A DNA stretch of 64,000 bases. It comes from Epiperipatus broadwayi. Lineage: Eukaryota; Animalia; Onychophora. Shown one piece after another: positions 1 to 13,600 of this stretch. The notes under the pieces were generated by a model. That model ran no database searches, had not been told where the DNA came from, and worked only from the letters and a program-made list of their open reading frames with translations. The DNA lies in assembly GCA_028023455.1 (NCBI GenBank), contig JAQFVV010000007.1:5332001-5396000 (forward strand). Reading direction: 5' to 3'. A program made the position numbers and the translations under genes. Position 1 is the first letter of the stretch, and every line of letters starts with the position of its first letter.

Positions 1-1238
1 TATTTTATAAAATAGAGTCAGTAGACTTTAAGGCTTCCCAGTTGAAGATTGTGACTCATATCTCAAGTAAATGTAACATTTACAATGTGTGTAGCATATT
101 ATATGTACGTGACTATTAAATGACAAGTCAACTGAAATGAAATTAAATTATATCTGAAATAGTCAAATAATTCCCAGAGAAACTTATGGTACTTAAATTT
201 ACAGAATATTATGTAGATGTCTTAACTTAGTATTTTGTTATTAAATATGATATTTACACTCTTATAATAAACTTATTTTTTCTTAAGTTGACAGCTTTTA
301 AATTATTGTTTGCCATTTAGCTTTATGGAACAATTTTATTCACCAAGTAGCAATTATTTTGGAGAACTTTAAGTTGTGATCAGAAACTAAATATTATTGT
401 GCATTTATTGATTATACAAATGATTTTAAATAATATAACAATGTATTTACCAGCAGTGGCTGATCTAGTAGCCCCAGAAAAAATTAGGTTTGTGGTAAAA
501 AATATCAATAAGATAACAATCATTCAATATTTTGCATAATTATTGTTTAAACATAATAACATTTTTAAAAAGAATTATTTTAAGCAATGCTTGAGATTCT
601 TTATAAAGATTTTAATTATAGCAGTGTGAGAAATGGCAGCATGTTCTGCTGAGATTTATTTATTCTTATCAGTGTCCAAAACTAGCAGTATCATAGATAC
701 TTGCTATGACAGTATCATCAACTATATAGCGTATTTATCTCTGGTGTCTCTAGAGCAAATAAATTTGTATTGTTTTCATTTATTTTTGAACAGTAAAATT
801 TTTTGTTTTTTCTTATAATTAATATTTATAAATATTTATTATTATTGAATATATTTAAAAATTACATTTTCTCAATTGGTATTATATGAAAAATTAAAAT
901 AAAAAGTAAAAATCGCCTTTATTTCAGTTATTATTTGTCAAACGGCTTTTAGTAAAAACAAAAATACATTAGTTTTTTCTATATCCTGAGCATATTATTA
1001 TCATGGCAAGTGTAAAGAAACTCAGTACAGTTCGAAGTAACAAAACAAGTTTATTTGATATCAAATACCCAAATAGAAAAAGGAATAAAGAGTAAGCAAC
1101 AATCCAAATTATAACTATTGCATTGCATCTTAATTGAAGAAAGTTCTTCATGCACCAATTCTGATATAGTAAAACAATATAGGTGCTGTCAACACTTAAC
1201 CGCAAAGCTACTGTTTACTTTTATAGTTAAATTTCTCT

Positions 1239-1277
1239 GCTGAATGCTTTCGAGAGCCATGCTCTCATATTCATAGC
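1239..1277 (-). ncRNA. Type I hammerhead-like motif, A3-U8 core variant
   Basis: GCU AUGAAUA U GAGAGC-AUG-GCUCUC GAAA GCAU UC AGC: stem I GCU/AGC, 6-bp stem II, GAAA intact. Confidence 0.65.
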
Positions 1278-1701
1278 TCTGAGTGAAGTAACTCTCTGTA
1301 ATTATATGCAAATTATACAAGGTCAAAGGTTAATTGCTCCATTTCTTCGATATTGAGAATCATGGGTCTTTACGATTGATAGCGTTGCAATCCATAGCGA
1401 TGAAGCAGGCCTCCACTTTTCTTTTCACATTGTGTTTCTCTTTGCAGACCAGGTTGATCACTTGTGGTTCGCACTGGTTTCCTGCCAGTTTCTGATGTAG
1501 TGCAAAGATGGAATAGCATGGTGGATCTGACTGTGCCTTGATGTATGAATATCTGTGTTGTAGTAATCTGTTTTCCAGTGCTGCCTTAGTTTCCCCATAA
1601 TATGAGGCTCTACAATTTGTGTGATTGCATGCAATATTATACATAGCCTGCGGTGTTTGAGCCAGTGTTAGTTTATCTTCCATGTTTTTACTTCACTCAG
1701 A

Positions 1702-1740
1702 GCTATGAATATGAGAGCACACCTCTCAAAAGTGCTCAGC
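1702..1740 (+). ncRNA. Type I hammerhead-like motif, A3-U8 core variant (G12 lost by CpG decay)
   Basis: GCU AUGAAUA U GAGAG-CACAC-CUCUC AAAA GUGC UC AGC; inverted partner of 1239-1277. Confidence 0.55.
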
Positions 1741-3563
1741 AGAAAAATGTAACTATAAAAGTAAACAGTAGCATTGTGATTAGGCGTTGACAGTGCCTAT
1801 ATTGTTTTTCTATAATTTTGGCACACAAAGTTTTCGAAACAAGTTTGTATTACAATTCTGATATAATAGAATTATATATGCATATGGTTTTATGCATGGT
1901 TCTTCTAATCTTTGGCAGTCATTTTATTCATGGAGCATGAATAATACAGTTATTATGCTTTTACACACACAAATGAATAATCCCTAAGGGTTTCTTTAGA
2001 GTTCTTTTTCATATAATTATTTTTCATAAGTATAATTGATGTTTAAAGTACATTTAAATGTATCGGTGGACAAATGTACATTTTCTAGAGTAGCATAATA
2101 AAAAGATATTTTATTCATGTAGTGTCTGCATATATTTATGTGATTAAATCATAAATTTTTATTTACATAATAATAAACTTTATTGATATTCATGTATTTA
2201 CTATTCATGCATAGACAATCCAGATGTTTTAACAATGATTGGCATGCTTCTGTGTTTACAAAATTAGAAATGCTCTTGTTTCGTATCTTTGCTTATGTTT
2301 TGATGGTGATGTTGTAATAAGATATCTTCGCTTAAAAATTTCACAGGCCAACACTATTACTTACATTCAATGTTTCTAATTATAATATTATTGACTAATT
2401 TATAAGATCAGTATTTGGATATCTAGATGAAATGTTTTCCTCTAAATTACTAAAAATTAAAAAGTAAGTGGATTTATTTGATATCAGACATAGTGTTTTC
2501 CATTCATTAATCTGTATTGCTTGATTTTTCTATTGTGGTTGGGGTTTGGGGCTTGGATTAATTAATTAAAAACTGATAACAACACTCTTAGAATAAATAA
2601 AATCATTGCTTAACTTTTTTGATGTCAGAAATATTGAGAGGTTTTATTTTGGACTTGTTTTAAATCTTACTATCATTTTGCAAAAACCAATTAGATACAA
2701 CTCACTCCAGGAAGATACTAGGCTATGCAACACAGCTGCATACTTTTTAAAATAAATAAAATTCTTCAACAATTAATTCTTTTGATATGTTTGGTTATAT
2801 ATTTTTTATTGTAAATAAAACTAGGTGAAATTAATCTTTTGACTCATATCACATTTTCACAGAATAAATTTATTTTTATTTACTTATATCCATCCTCCTG
2901 TATTGGAATAAGTAGGAAAACAGCAATTTATTTACATGTGAGGCTATTCATTGAACTGAATTCCAGAACATAAAAAATATTTTTTTCTTTCAGCATAGCT
3001 GTGTTGCCTAAACTTTAGTAACTAATAAATGCCAGATTATAATACAAGAGTGAGATAAAATAATAACTACTAAAAAGGTGCATTAAATCCTATACATCTA
3101 AATGCATTGTTCCAAGAACCAAAGCTGTTTACTCATGAAAGCTATAAGCTTGAAAGTGGTCTGGGTATATTGGATAAAACAACTCTGGACAGAGAATTAT
3201 AAAACATTATTACTTGGTATCTATTATTATTTACTAATACTTATACAAAATGACATAAGTTGTGATGAAAGGAAAACAATATGCTTCTTAAGCAGCAATA
3301 TGTTAGCTGGATTCATGTGATAAAACCACAAGATAAAAACATATTAAGAAAAACTAAAATAGGAGAGTGAGATTAGAGAAAAGAAAAAGGTTGTAATAGT
3401 TCTGTAGGTTAATCATGGCTTATGGTAACTTTTTTTTTTTTGGTTGTACTTATAAGACACTGGATTTGTTTAAAATTGAATTGAATAGAAAATAAAGAAT
3501 TTTACATTTTATTACATTGTGAATTGTATTTTTCAACATTTAATAAACTTATTCCTATCTTAG

Positions 3564-3650
3564 ATTACCATTCCTGCTGATCAGAGGCGTGATGAAGAAG
3601 AACTATATCATAAAATGCAAATTAGTGATTTACAAAACCTAGCTCCATTT
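3564..3650 (+). CDS. M13 metallopeptidase (endothelin-converting enzyme/neprilysin, Nep3-like), internal exon 1 in window
   Basis: tag|ATT...TTT|gtaagt; 87 nt = [29 protein letters not shown], resembles the ECE segment ITIP..RRDEE.IYHK..LQ.LAP; phase 0 into next exon. Confidence 0.9.
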
Positions 3651-4103
3651 GTAAGTATAAAATTTAAAGTTTTTTTTAAAGTTCATGATTATGATAAGTG
3701 GCATTAGCCTTATTTTTTATTAATGATATCTTTAATTTTTTTTTTAAATATATTATTATTAACAAGTTTTTTTTTCAAAATTATTTTTTATTTTGAATGA
3801 TATTAGTACCTTATTAATTATAATTGCAAAGAAATCAGGTCATATATCACATGACCTAATTTAACAAGCTTGTATTATAAATGTTATTTAATGATATAAT
3901 TAATTATCAAAAGTTTATTTATAAACCATAAGCATACAGTTGTAATAATTTACAGAAACAAGCATATTTACACCAAACAACTACAGTTACAATGGTTGAT
4001 ATTAATAAAGTTGTATAGATTATGTTATTAGAAATATAATTGTAATTTTGATTAATAATAAAAATAAATATATTAATATAAATGAAGAAAGCATGTATTA
4101 TTT

Positions 4104-7100
4104 TGCTATGTTCTGACTCCATACAATAATTTGTGATACGGTCTATAGGAGTATGAGTAGCATAACATACATAGATATCTTGAAATAACCAACAGACTCA
4201 CAGAGCACGGAAAACTTAAAGTTATTATTAGTTCATAATTTAATGCACTCTGCATTATAATATAAAAATACACTCACTATTTATTGCCAGGTTCCATCCA
4301 GACTGAAAACATTCATATTGAGTGAGTAGTGGCTAATGTACTATCAATAATACGCATATTGGTTCTTGGCAATGAATACTCAATCTGATTTAAGATAAGA
4401 TAATAACTGGTTCCTGTTAATTTTTAATGAGTGTGAACATTCTTTCATGTACATTGCAATACCCCCTCCTACTCCTGAGAAATGCATGCTTCTCTGGAGT
4501 CATATATGTAATCCATTAAATATGCCAGCTGGCGATGATGTCGGTGGTGTCTACTTTCTTCTTGAAAATCAATAACCTCTATTTGGGATGTAATGCAACA
4601 GGTTCATCTGAAACTTCCACTGCTTCATTATGTTTTCCCATATGATTTTCTGCCCAGTGTTCGCCTGGTGTCTTATTGGTTCCATATAATTTTTTGTCAT
4701 AGTCAATGTTTAACTTCTGCCCAATTTTTCCAATTTATATGCTGACAGTAGCATGCTCCTGTTGTTGCTTGCACTTTGACTATTTGGTCTGAAATAACTT
4801 TAGTTATTTGACCTATACCTATGTCTTATGTAGACTGTTATGTATCCATACATTTTCCTCAACAGTGTAGATATTTTTGTCCAATTTTGTTATTTTTTCT
4901 TGTTCCAGTATAAGAATGGATAGCTTGTTGCATAACTTCCTGCCCATCAATATTTCTGCAGGTGATTTCCTATAGATGTGGAAGGTACAGCACTGACATG
5001 TTTAATGTTTCAGATATCTCCATATAGTTTAGTTTATTTATAATATCAACTTTAACTGTTGCACTGCTTTTTCAGCTATCCCATTGGATTCTGGGTAATA
5101 CAGAGGAGCATGAATATGTTTCACTCCCCATTCATCTAAAAATAATTTAAATTCTTCAGAAATAAAGCCAGTTCCATTATCCAAGACCAAGACTTCTGCT
5201 GAACCATGGCATGAAAATATTTCCTGTAATATGCAGATGGTTTCTGCTGTACTAATATTTATCACTAATTTATATTTGGCCTACCTGGAGCCAGCATCTA
5301 TTAATACAAAAACATTTTTCCATTTATTAGACCTGCATGGTCTATGTGACCACAGCTCCACCATCTGTTAGTTTTTGGCCATGATGTAAAAATTTTCTTA
5401 GGTGCTTTTGCAGTAGGTTGACAGGACATGTTTCAATATCTGCTCATTCTTAGCCAATATATGTAAATGCAGGCTAAGGTTTTTGCTCTAATCATGCTGA
5501 ATGCCCTTGATGCAGTATTTCCAATATTTTAGGGTGACCTACTGGTAGAACTAATACTTTGTCACCCAATATAATGCAGCCCTTTGAAGTTGATAGGTGT
5601 TGACACCCACTCCATAAAGATTTATTTAAATACTGTGGACATTATCTGGGTCATCCCTCTCTGATCCAGTTGAATAGTGTCTCGTATCTCATTGTCTCTT
5701 GCATCCACCTAGCAACAGTTGCACTATTTATCATTTTAGTCTTCCAATAATCTAAATAACATATTTCTACTTCATTATCAGTTTTTTCCATTGAATCCAG
5801 TATGTGAGATAAATGTGTCTGCATGTTTTATTTAACTACCCTTCAGATAGATTAAGTAATCATATGCTGATAAAATTTGTACCAGTGAATCATACAAGAA
5901 CTTAAGTCATCAGGAGTGGCATTTTATTGGCAAAAATCCCCAATAATGGACGATGGTCAGTTATTATTTTAAAAGAATGACTGTAAATGTATTGGTGGAA
6001 TTTCTGAACTGCCACTACTATAGCTAATGCCTCTTTGTCCAGTTGGCTGTAGTGTCTTTCACTTTCATTAACATTCTAGACATAAAAGCTATAGGGCATT
6101 CCCCATTCTGTGATGGATGACTAAGCACTACTCCAATTCCATAGTCAGATAGATCAGTTGTTAATATCACTTCAAGATTATTGTTATAATGAACCAGTAA
6201 ACAAGTTGATGTAAGCAATGCCTTGATTTTTTGAAAAGCATTCTCTTGTGTTTCTGCCCATTTTCATCACTGATTTTTCCAAAGTAAATCATACAAAGGA
6301 GTGACTGCATGTGCTTTTTCTTTTAGAAAATTTTCAAAAAAATTAATCAGTCCCAAGCACATGTAGCCTCTCCTTTGTATGAAGTTCATTAACATTCTTG
6401 GGAGTTCGCACATTCATAAATGTTTAATTTTTTCTAGATTGGACTTAATTCCGGTGCTTGAAATAATATGGCCTAAAAATTTAATTTCTGTTGCATTCCA
6501 AATACACTTTTTCTGGTTAAGTTTTGCTTCAAATGTTTGTAGTTTTTCACATATCTTTTTAAATTTTTTATGCAGTACTTGTTCAGAATCTGCTGTTATG
6601 AGGATGTCATAAAAAAAAGCTCTTACTCCCTCTAATCCTTCTAATAATGTGTCAATCTTCACTTGGAATACATTTGGAGTGATTGTTATGCCAAACACAT
6701 AAGCATTATTATAGTTAAAGGTGCAGCTGTTTCTTCTGATACTGGTACTTGATAAAAAGCGGCATTCAAATCCAGTTTTGCAAAATATCTTGATCCATCA
6801 AGTCGAGCTAATATCTCTTACATTTGGTACAGGATAGGGACTTTTTGTTATGCACTTATTTACAGTTACTCTGTAGTCCCCACATATATGGATTTCTCCA
6901 TTCTGCTTTGCTATTGCCACTATAGGTGTAGCCCAGTCTGCATCTTCGGCAGTTGTCAGTATCCTCTTTTTGACTTATACATCTAATGCATCTTTGACTC
7001 ATAGTCTTTGTGCAAAGGCTATTTTTCTTAGCTTGAAATGTATGGGTTTTGCACTTTTACAGAGCTCAATTTCAACAGGCTTAGTATTGATTTTACCTTG

Positions 7101-10008
7101 CGCCTCTGTGAATAGTTTAGGAAAATTATCCTTTATCTCATTTTCTATATTAATTTTATTTACCATGCATATTTTTATGCCTAAAAGTGTAAACCATTCC
7201 CTACCTATTATGGGCCGTATATTTCCTTTAACTATATATATAGATGTAGTCTTTCTCGACAGCTATTTATTGCTACCAGTACTTTTTCTACTCCAACAAT
7301 ACCAATGAGGTTACCGTTTTCATCTTTTGCTTTTAGATCTGTTTTGTCTATTCTTGGTTGGTCTTTAATGTTTCTTTTTAACTCAGACCAGTCTTTCTAA
7401 GATATGATGGGATTATTGCATATTTTAACCACCAACATTATTTTCTGTTCATTTTTTGTCTCTGCTTTATTTATTTCCATGAATTCTTCTGATTTTTGAA
7501 ATTATTTCCAGCAGCTTTTTTAGCAAAATTTGATACATCCTTAGTGTGGCAGACCTTCATTAGGTGGCCTATTTTTCCACAGTTGTTACATTTAACACTT
7601 TTCCATCTGCATTCACGTGAAAAATATGCAACTGATAACATTCACTTTTCTCATTCATTGAATCTGCTGCCTTTCTTGTCTTATTGATTGTCATTTGTTT
7701 GGTACTGTCCATATTTTCCTGTTGGGAATTCTTTAGTATTACTTACAACTAACTTTTAGGTCATTCCTCATTTATGGCCTCAGAATATGTTAGGTCTGAG
7801 ATAGCTAATAACTGCTGATAGAGCCTGTCATCACTCATCCCCCATAGGAACTGTTCCAACAATGCTTCTTCTAAGTACTCTCCATATGCACAATATTTTG
7901 CCAAGAGCCCAAACTGCATTGCATCAAAGCATATCCACCCTCAGCACTATCACAGGCATCTCCCTCTATGGGAAAGTCACCTCCTCAATCTCCTAGTGTT
8001 TCCCAAGATAGCATATTACTTCCCCATCATTCTACCTACTCATTCCTTTATTTCCAAAATCAAGGCCCTTTCCACCCATTTGGTGGTGGCCATCAGCCTA
8101 AAAAGAACTTGGGTTTTTCTAAAAATCTCAATGGGCTGGGCCTGCACTCCATTGACACTCTTCTAGTCCAGAGAACTCACATTATTTTTATACTCATAAG
8201 TCTCTTTTCTGTCAATCTTGTGCATGTCATCATCACTCCTACTGACACTCCTCCTCCCAATGGTAAGCCCAAATCATGGACCTCATTCATCGCTAACATC
8301 TTACAAAAGGCTGGCTTTGCTATACCTTCCATCTGTGGAAAATTATTGTACTAAGAGGTTATCAATTAGACCATAGACTTCTCCATTATCACCCCTACAT
8401 TCCTCAAACTCACCAATGCTCAATTAATATGCAACTTCAAAGGTGGTCTCTCGAGGCAAAATCTTCTTGATTTCCTTTTCAAAATCAATCTTCACTCTCT
8501 TCCCACCAATCAATTTTTGGTCGACAGTAGAGGTTTCACTATGATCTCTTCCCTATGCCAACTTTGTAAAACTGACAATGAAAATGTCCCATTTTGCTTG
8601 GTGTAAGGTGTGTCATCTACTTCTGCCTTTCCTTGCACAGAGATGCCATCTTTAATCTCCAAGGATCCATCAAAACAGGGGTCTTAGCGACCATCAGACT
8701 ATCAGTTTTCCTCACCTATGCACTCTGGCTGATTTAATGTGCTATTATTTTTGACCAGAGAGTACACTCAGCCAATCAAGGACTATTGGACCTCACTCAC
8801 TCTCTCAAAATCAGAGACACCAAACTAACCTCACCTCCACTCCTCATAGATATATGGTCAATCGTCCAACTCCCATACTCTCAACCTCTCTCACAGGACT
8901 CATCCATTTAATTGTTTGTGACCCATGTGATCACTTGCTCAATGAGGATGTGCATCTCGGACTTGCAACCAAAGACTTTTCTTGGCCTGGACTACACATC
9001 CTCTTCACATTCCTTTCCCTTTCATATGTATCCCTCCCCTTTCACCATGTTGCTCCTGAATTTCATTTCACCATGTAATCACTTCATTCTAAACCTTTTT
9101 TATTTAACTGTTGTGTATTTTTTTTTTGATGAATAAACTTTCATCACAGAGAGCAAAAAAGTCTCTCAAGGCAATGTCAAGATCCCTGCAATTTTTCCTC
9201 TCACTGGGCATCTATTCCATAAATGTAGGCAAGATATGTGTTTAGATGGCTCCATGCTAAAATGATTATTAAGTCATTTAAGTAATTCACTATAAGGCAG
9301 ACTTATGGGATCTTCAAGTTCACATAATTAGTTTGCCACCTCAATTTATTCTCAAACTTCAAAAAGAAGTAATGTGGCAATTTTTGTTACATCACCCTTA
9401 GTTTTATTAACTATAAAATATTTCTCTATATGTTTTTTATATATGGGCCACTCAGAGGGGTTATTTACATTGTATTCACCTATTTCTAATTGTCCTGTAG
9501 TCATATTCCTTATTACAACTAAGCTAGTCCAGTTTTTTATTGAATATTTGTGCTCTGACAATAACTACTGTTTGAAAGTTATTTCTATTCTGTCAACTAC
9601 ACCAATTTGCTATGTTCTGACTCCATACAATAATTTGTGATCAGGTCAGTAGGAGAATGAGTAGCATAACATATATAGATATCTTGCAATAACTTAACAG
9701 AATCTCAGGGCATGGAAAGCTTAAAGTTATTATTAGTTCATAATTTAATGCACTCTGAATTATAATATAAAACCATACCCTATGTTTAAGTACCCTCATT
9801 ATTTATTACCAAGTCCCATCCAGACTGTAAACATTTTGAATGAGTGAGTATCATTGCCTATTGGTTTATTTAAGTCATTGGCTAATGTATTATCTATTAA
9901 TAGAGATATTGGTTCTTGGCGATGAATACTCAATACTATCTAAGATAAGATAATATCTGGTTCCTGTTAATTTTTAATAAGTGTGGGCATTCTTTCACAT
10001 ACATTGCA
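4104..10008 (-). mobile_element. Decayed full-length Ty3/Gypsy LTR retrotransposon
   Basis: LTRs 4104-4458 and 9608-10008 (TG..CA); TSD TATTT at 4099-4103 and 10009-10013; PBS 9587-9604 tggtgtagttgacagaat resembling tRNA-Ser 3' complement; PPT 4461-4476; gag (9352-9561, CNNCGKIGHLMKVC knuckle near 7560-7600), RT (6414-6698), RNase H (6024-6218), integrase (5038-5265, DNG..F.S..F...SNG.AE). Confidence 0.93.
7903..9140 (+). mobile_element. 5'-truncated L1/Tx1-like LINE nested in Gypsy gag
   Basis: Frameshifted SLYGKVTLLNL, NGLGLHSI and C..C...E...H.L..C pieces homologous to 32040-34555; gag resumes on both sides; ends near aataaa at 9131. Confidence 0.75.
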
Positions 10009-10129
10009 TATTTCAAATAACATATATAGTAATGAGCATATATTATGCCACTCTGTGAGAGCTGCACATGAACTTGGTAAAGCTTTGAATTTTTTTCCCA
10101 CATTCAAGTAGATTTAAGATTTTTTCTAT

Positions 10130-11230
10130 TCCAGTCAGATAATTCATTGTCATCCAAGCTAACCAATCAATAGTATTCACTAAATTATTAGATTAAGATT
10201 AAAACGATTAACCCTTATTATATAACATTTGCCAAGACCATTAAGTATGGTCTTTCTGGGGGTTTTTTGTATTTGGAGACTGCTGAAATTTTTACTCTAT
10301 TTAAAAGCTATTCTACTTACCTTGATCAGCAATTTATTTTGAAATGGATTGCATGAATAATTGTTAAAGAATGTCTTGTCTTCTGAAATATTTTTACACT
10401 GATTTTCATTCTTCAAATTCAATGTGATTATAGGCAAAGTTTTATGGTTGTTGCAGTGGAGAAATGTTATGAATAGTTTCAAATGGGTACATAATTAAAT
10501 CACCTTCATCTTTATTATTAAAGTTTGCTAGAAGTAACCACTGATTTCTCAGTATAATTGAAATAATTTAATATCTGGCTAGGTTCTTTGAATAGAGTAA
10601 TTATAAAATGGCCTATTATAAGTCATTACAATTCCCTGAGTTAGTGTTCAAAACAATATCAGTGAAGCAACCCAGTTACTTAGCACAATTGTAAAGTATC
10701 AAACTAGAAAGGGAAGTTTCTAGATTAAACTTCACATTATCTCTTCTAATGATTGAACATAGCCTCCTAGCATTTAACCGTTTGATTATTTTTATTGATT
10801 TTTATGTAAGGGAACATATTAATGACTTTGTAAAAGAAACATCATTGACACTTTTGTTATAATTCCAAATTATATTAACTATTTTAAGGTCTTCAATAAC
10901 AATTTATTAAACTTGTGGGTGAGAATGTTACTGCTGAAAGTCTTTAGATATGTACTACTGCTTTTAATCATTGAGAGTTCATTTTATATCCTAATGGATT
11001 CAATGTCATAATCACAACTTTAGTTCCTTGTTTATCTAAAACTGTAGAATACTTAGATGTGAAATTACTCTTCAAAACTGCATATAATACATTAACAAGA
11101 TCTTCTGAAATGGTCTTAAAATAAAATAAAAATTGTTGTAAAAAGTGCATAAATAAAGATTTGCATAATATGCCTTGCTTTAAAAAGCTGACAATTAGAG
11201 TTTGTTTAGCAAAATGTAAAATATATTTTT
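10130..11230 (-). mobile_element. Highly decayed LINE RT remnant (clade uncertain)
   Basis: Broken RT-like peptides on minus strand (ORF 10968-11234 and downstream). Confidence 0.35.
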
Positions 11231-11439
11231 CCAAATATAAAATGATTGTTGTTGGTAGAAATATTGCAACTAAATATATATTATTAAAAAATGTAAAATA
11301 AATTTATTTATGTATACATTTTATTCTATTATAGTTTTTTTAAATCGTGTCTTTTTGGGCATACATAGCTTCTTTAAAATCTTTGCTGAATAGTTTTTTT
11401 AAATCTTATTCCAGTCTCTTTGTAACAAATTTTACTCAA

Positions 11440-11810
11440 TTCTTTTACCTCTACATATAAAAGAGCAATACAGAGACTTAAGACCCTCAAAGAAGTATGG
11501 AAAGATGCATGTCAGAAGTAACAAGAAGAGATCAAAAATGCAATATATGGAAAGAGAACAAACAGGTGTTATTGACCTTTTTGAAAAAATTAAAAGACTA
11601 ATATGGAGTTGGGCTGGACATAAACTGGATTCCAAAAGATTGTAAAAGACCCAGAAAGAGACTACCTATGAGATGGATGGATGAAATAAGAAAGTGTGCA
11701 GGGGTTATGTGGAGAAGAGAAACTAAAGATCGGAAAAAATGGATTGAACTTGGAGAGACCTTCATCCTGCAGTGGATTGATAATGGTTAATTAATGATGA
11801 TGATGATATT
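11440..11810 (+). mobile_element. RTE-like LINE 3' end
   Basis: WAGH...KRP..R..RWMDEI...W....DRKKW.ELGE.FILQW then (TGA)n tail; same family on minus strand at 53320-53670. Confidence 0.75.
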
Positions 11811-12919
11811 CCAAATTCAATTTTTTTTCATTCCTTAAATTCTTTAATATATTATTTTCATTTACTTTTAATCTTTTTATATTTATACAATTTTTTTATT
11901 ACTCCCCAAATTGATATCTCTACTGCATCAATATTTTCTCCTCTTTTTTTAATTCTTCATATCATTGTACCATAAATCTATGCTTTAAACAAAATAATTA
12001 GGAAATCATTATCTCAGCTGTAAAGAATCACATAACAATCTTTCCCTGCTATTAAAAATATTTTTAATAATCGCAATTTTTATCCCTTCATCATTTTTTT
12101 TTCAAATCTTTAAATAACCAGTATGTTCTACAATTTTGTTATCAGAAATGATTCTATATATCTTCTTTTTTAATTATTTTTCTAAATAGTTTTAACATTA
12201 CCACCCTTATACTACAATTATATTTTTTACTCTTTTTTCAACTAAATTTAATCTAGCTTTCAGATAGAAATGTGTCTGTCTAATCTATAAATATTGCATT
12301 TTTATAAAATGATTAATAAAATAATTATAAGCATGAAAAAAAATCTCTTCCTTAGTATTCTTTATTTTTATTCATCATTTGTGATATTCTGAATATCCAG
12401 GTTATATGAAAAATAATTGTTTTTAGTTTTTTATTGACTAAACCCTTTTTGGCACAGTGGAACATCCTGCTATGATATGAGTTGAAGTTTGAATGTGGAT
12501 GTTATTTCAAATTATTATCAAGTTTGGGATTTTTTTTAGGTAGCCATTTCATAACCAACTTAGTTAACTATTAGTTGATATCTAACTAACACTAATTGGA
12601 GAATAAAGGCCAGAGATTAATCATGATGGGTCATATTTGATTTGACATTCTGCTTGTAAAACAAAGAATTGATTGTAGTAAGATGGGATTTTCATCATTG
12701 GTAAATGATGTGCCATATTGATAATCATTATATTATTTTAAGTTACAAGAAAGTATATATTTATTAAGTATATTTCCTAAATTTAATTATTTTCAAAACT
12801 ATCATATTCTTTTAGCTATTTAATTTTAATTTACTTTTCTGTTATTATTTTATCAACTTTCCAAATAATTTGACCATTACAATTTTTTTATCATATTTCA
12901 ATTTTCATACATATTATTT

Positions 12920-13600
12920 ATTTAAAATTACTCCAAATCCAAAAATCAAACAAACTAGCCAAGAAAAAATAAAATCAAAAACACAACCAATGGTTTCACT
13001 GCTACATGCAGACTTCTCAAGTGTAAAGAACTGCAAAACAACACCATATTTATATTAAACATTACCCACAAATTAATTTACCTACCATCCACTCTTAATA
13101 TTGAAATAACTTTTAAATAATTAATTGCTTCAGAATAATACATTTTTAATAATAAAGATTATTTAATTCTTCTTTTTATAGGTCAGAGATAGTTTGAGTT
13201 TAAATGAAAGAATAAGGGTTCATAAAAGTAGGGTTAGAAATAAATATTTTAGTTCTGCTTTGTATTTCCATAAAAAAGATGCAGACCACACTATTAATTT
13301 TGATGAAGCTAAGGTTGTCTTCTTTGAGAAAAATGAAATAAAAAGAATTAAAAAATCTTTATTATTGAAAATTTATTCTTCTGAAGCAATTAACTTATTT
13401 AAAAGTTCTTTTAATATTAAGGGTGGATGGGAAGTAAATAAAATTGTGGGTAATTTTAAGCTAAATATGGTATTGTTTTGTAGTTCTTTACACTTGAGAA
13501 GTCTGCATGTAGCAGTGAAACCATTGGTTGTGTTTTTGATTTTATTTTTTCTTGGCTAGTTTGTTTGATTTTTGGTTTTAGGGTAATTTTAATTATTTAT
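12920..13600 (+). mobile_element. 5'-truncated PLE: GIY-YIG fragment flanked by inverted pLTR arms
   Basis: ORF 13194-13559 SLNERIRVHK...SALYFH...HTINFDEAKV...EAIN; arms about 12930-13060 and 13430-13575 nearly identical in inverted orientation. Confidence 0.75.
13490..13533 (+). ncRNA. Type I hammerhead-like motif, U3-A8 core variant (identical inverted copy at 12981-13024)
   Basis: ACAC UUGAGAA GUCUGC-AUGUA-GCAGU GAA ACC-AUU-GGU U GUGU: 4-bp stem I, stem II CUGC/GCAG, 3-bp stem III, GUU site. Confidence 0.55.

Larger units (their letters stand above)
1156..1865 (-). mobile_element. 5'-truncated Penelope-like element: GIY-YIG fragment between inverted pLTR arms
   Basis: ORF 1360-1683: MYNIACNHTNCRASYYGETKAALENRLLQH...KRKVEACFI...NAIN; arms about 1170-1295 and 1685-1810 are inverted copies; caattctgatata at 1156-1168 and 1853-1865. 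Confidence 0.8.
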
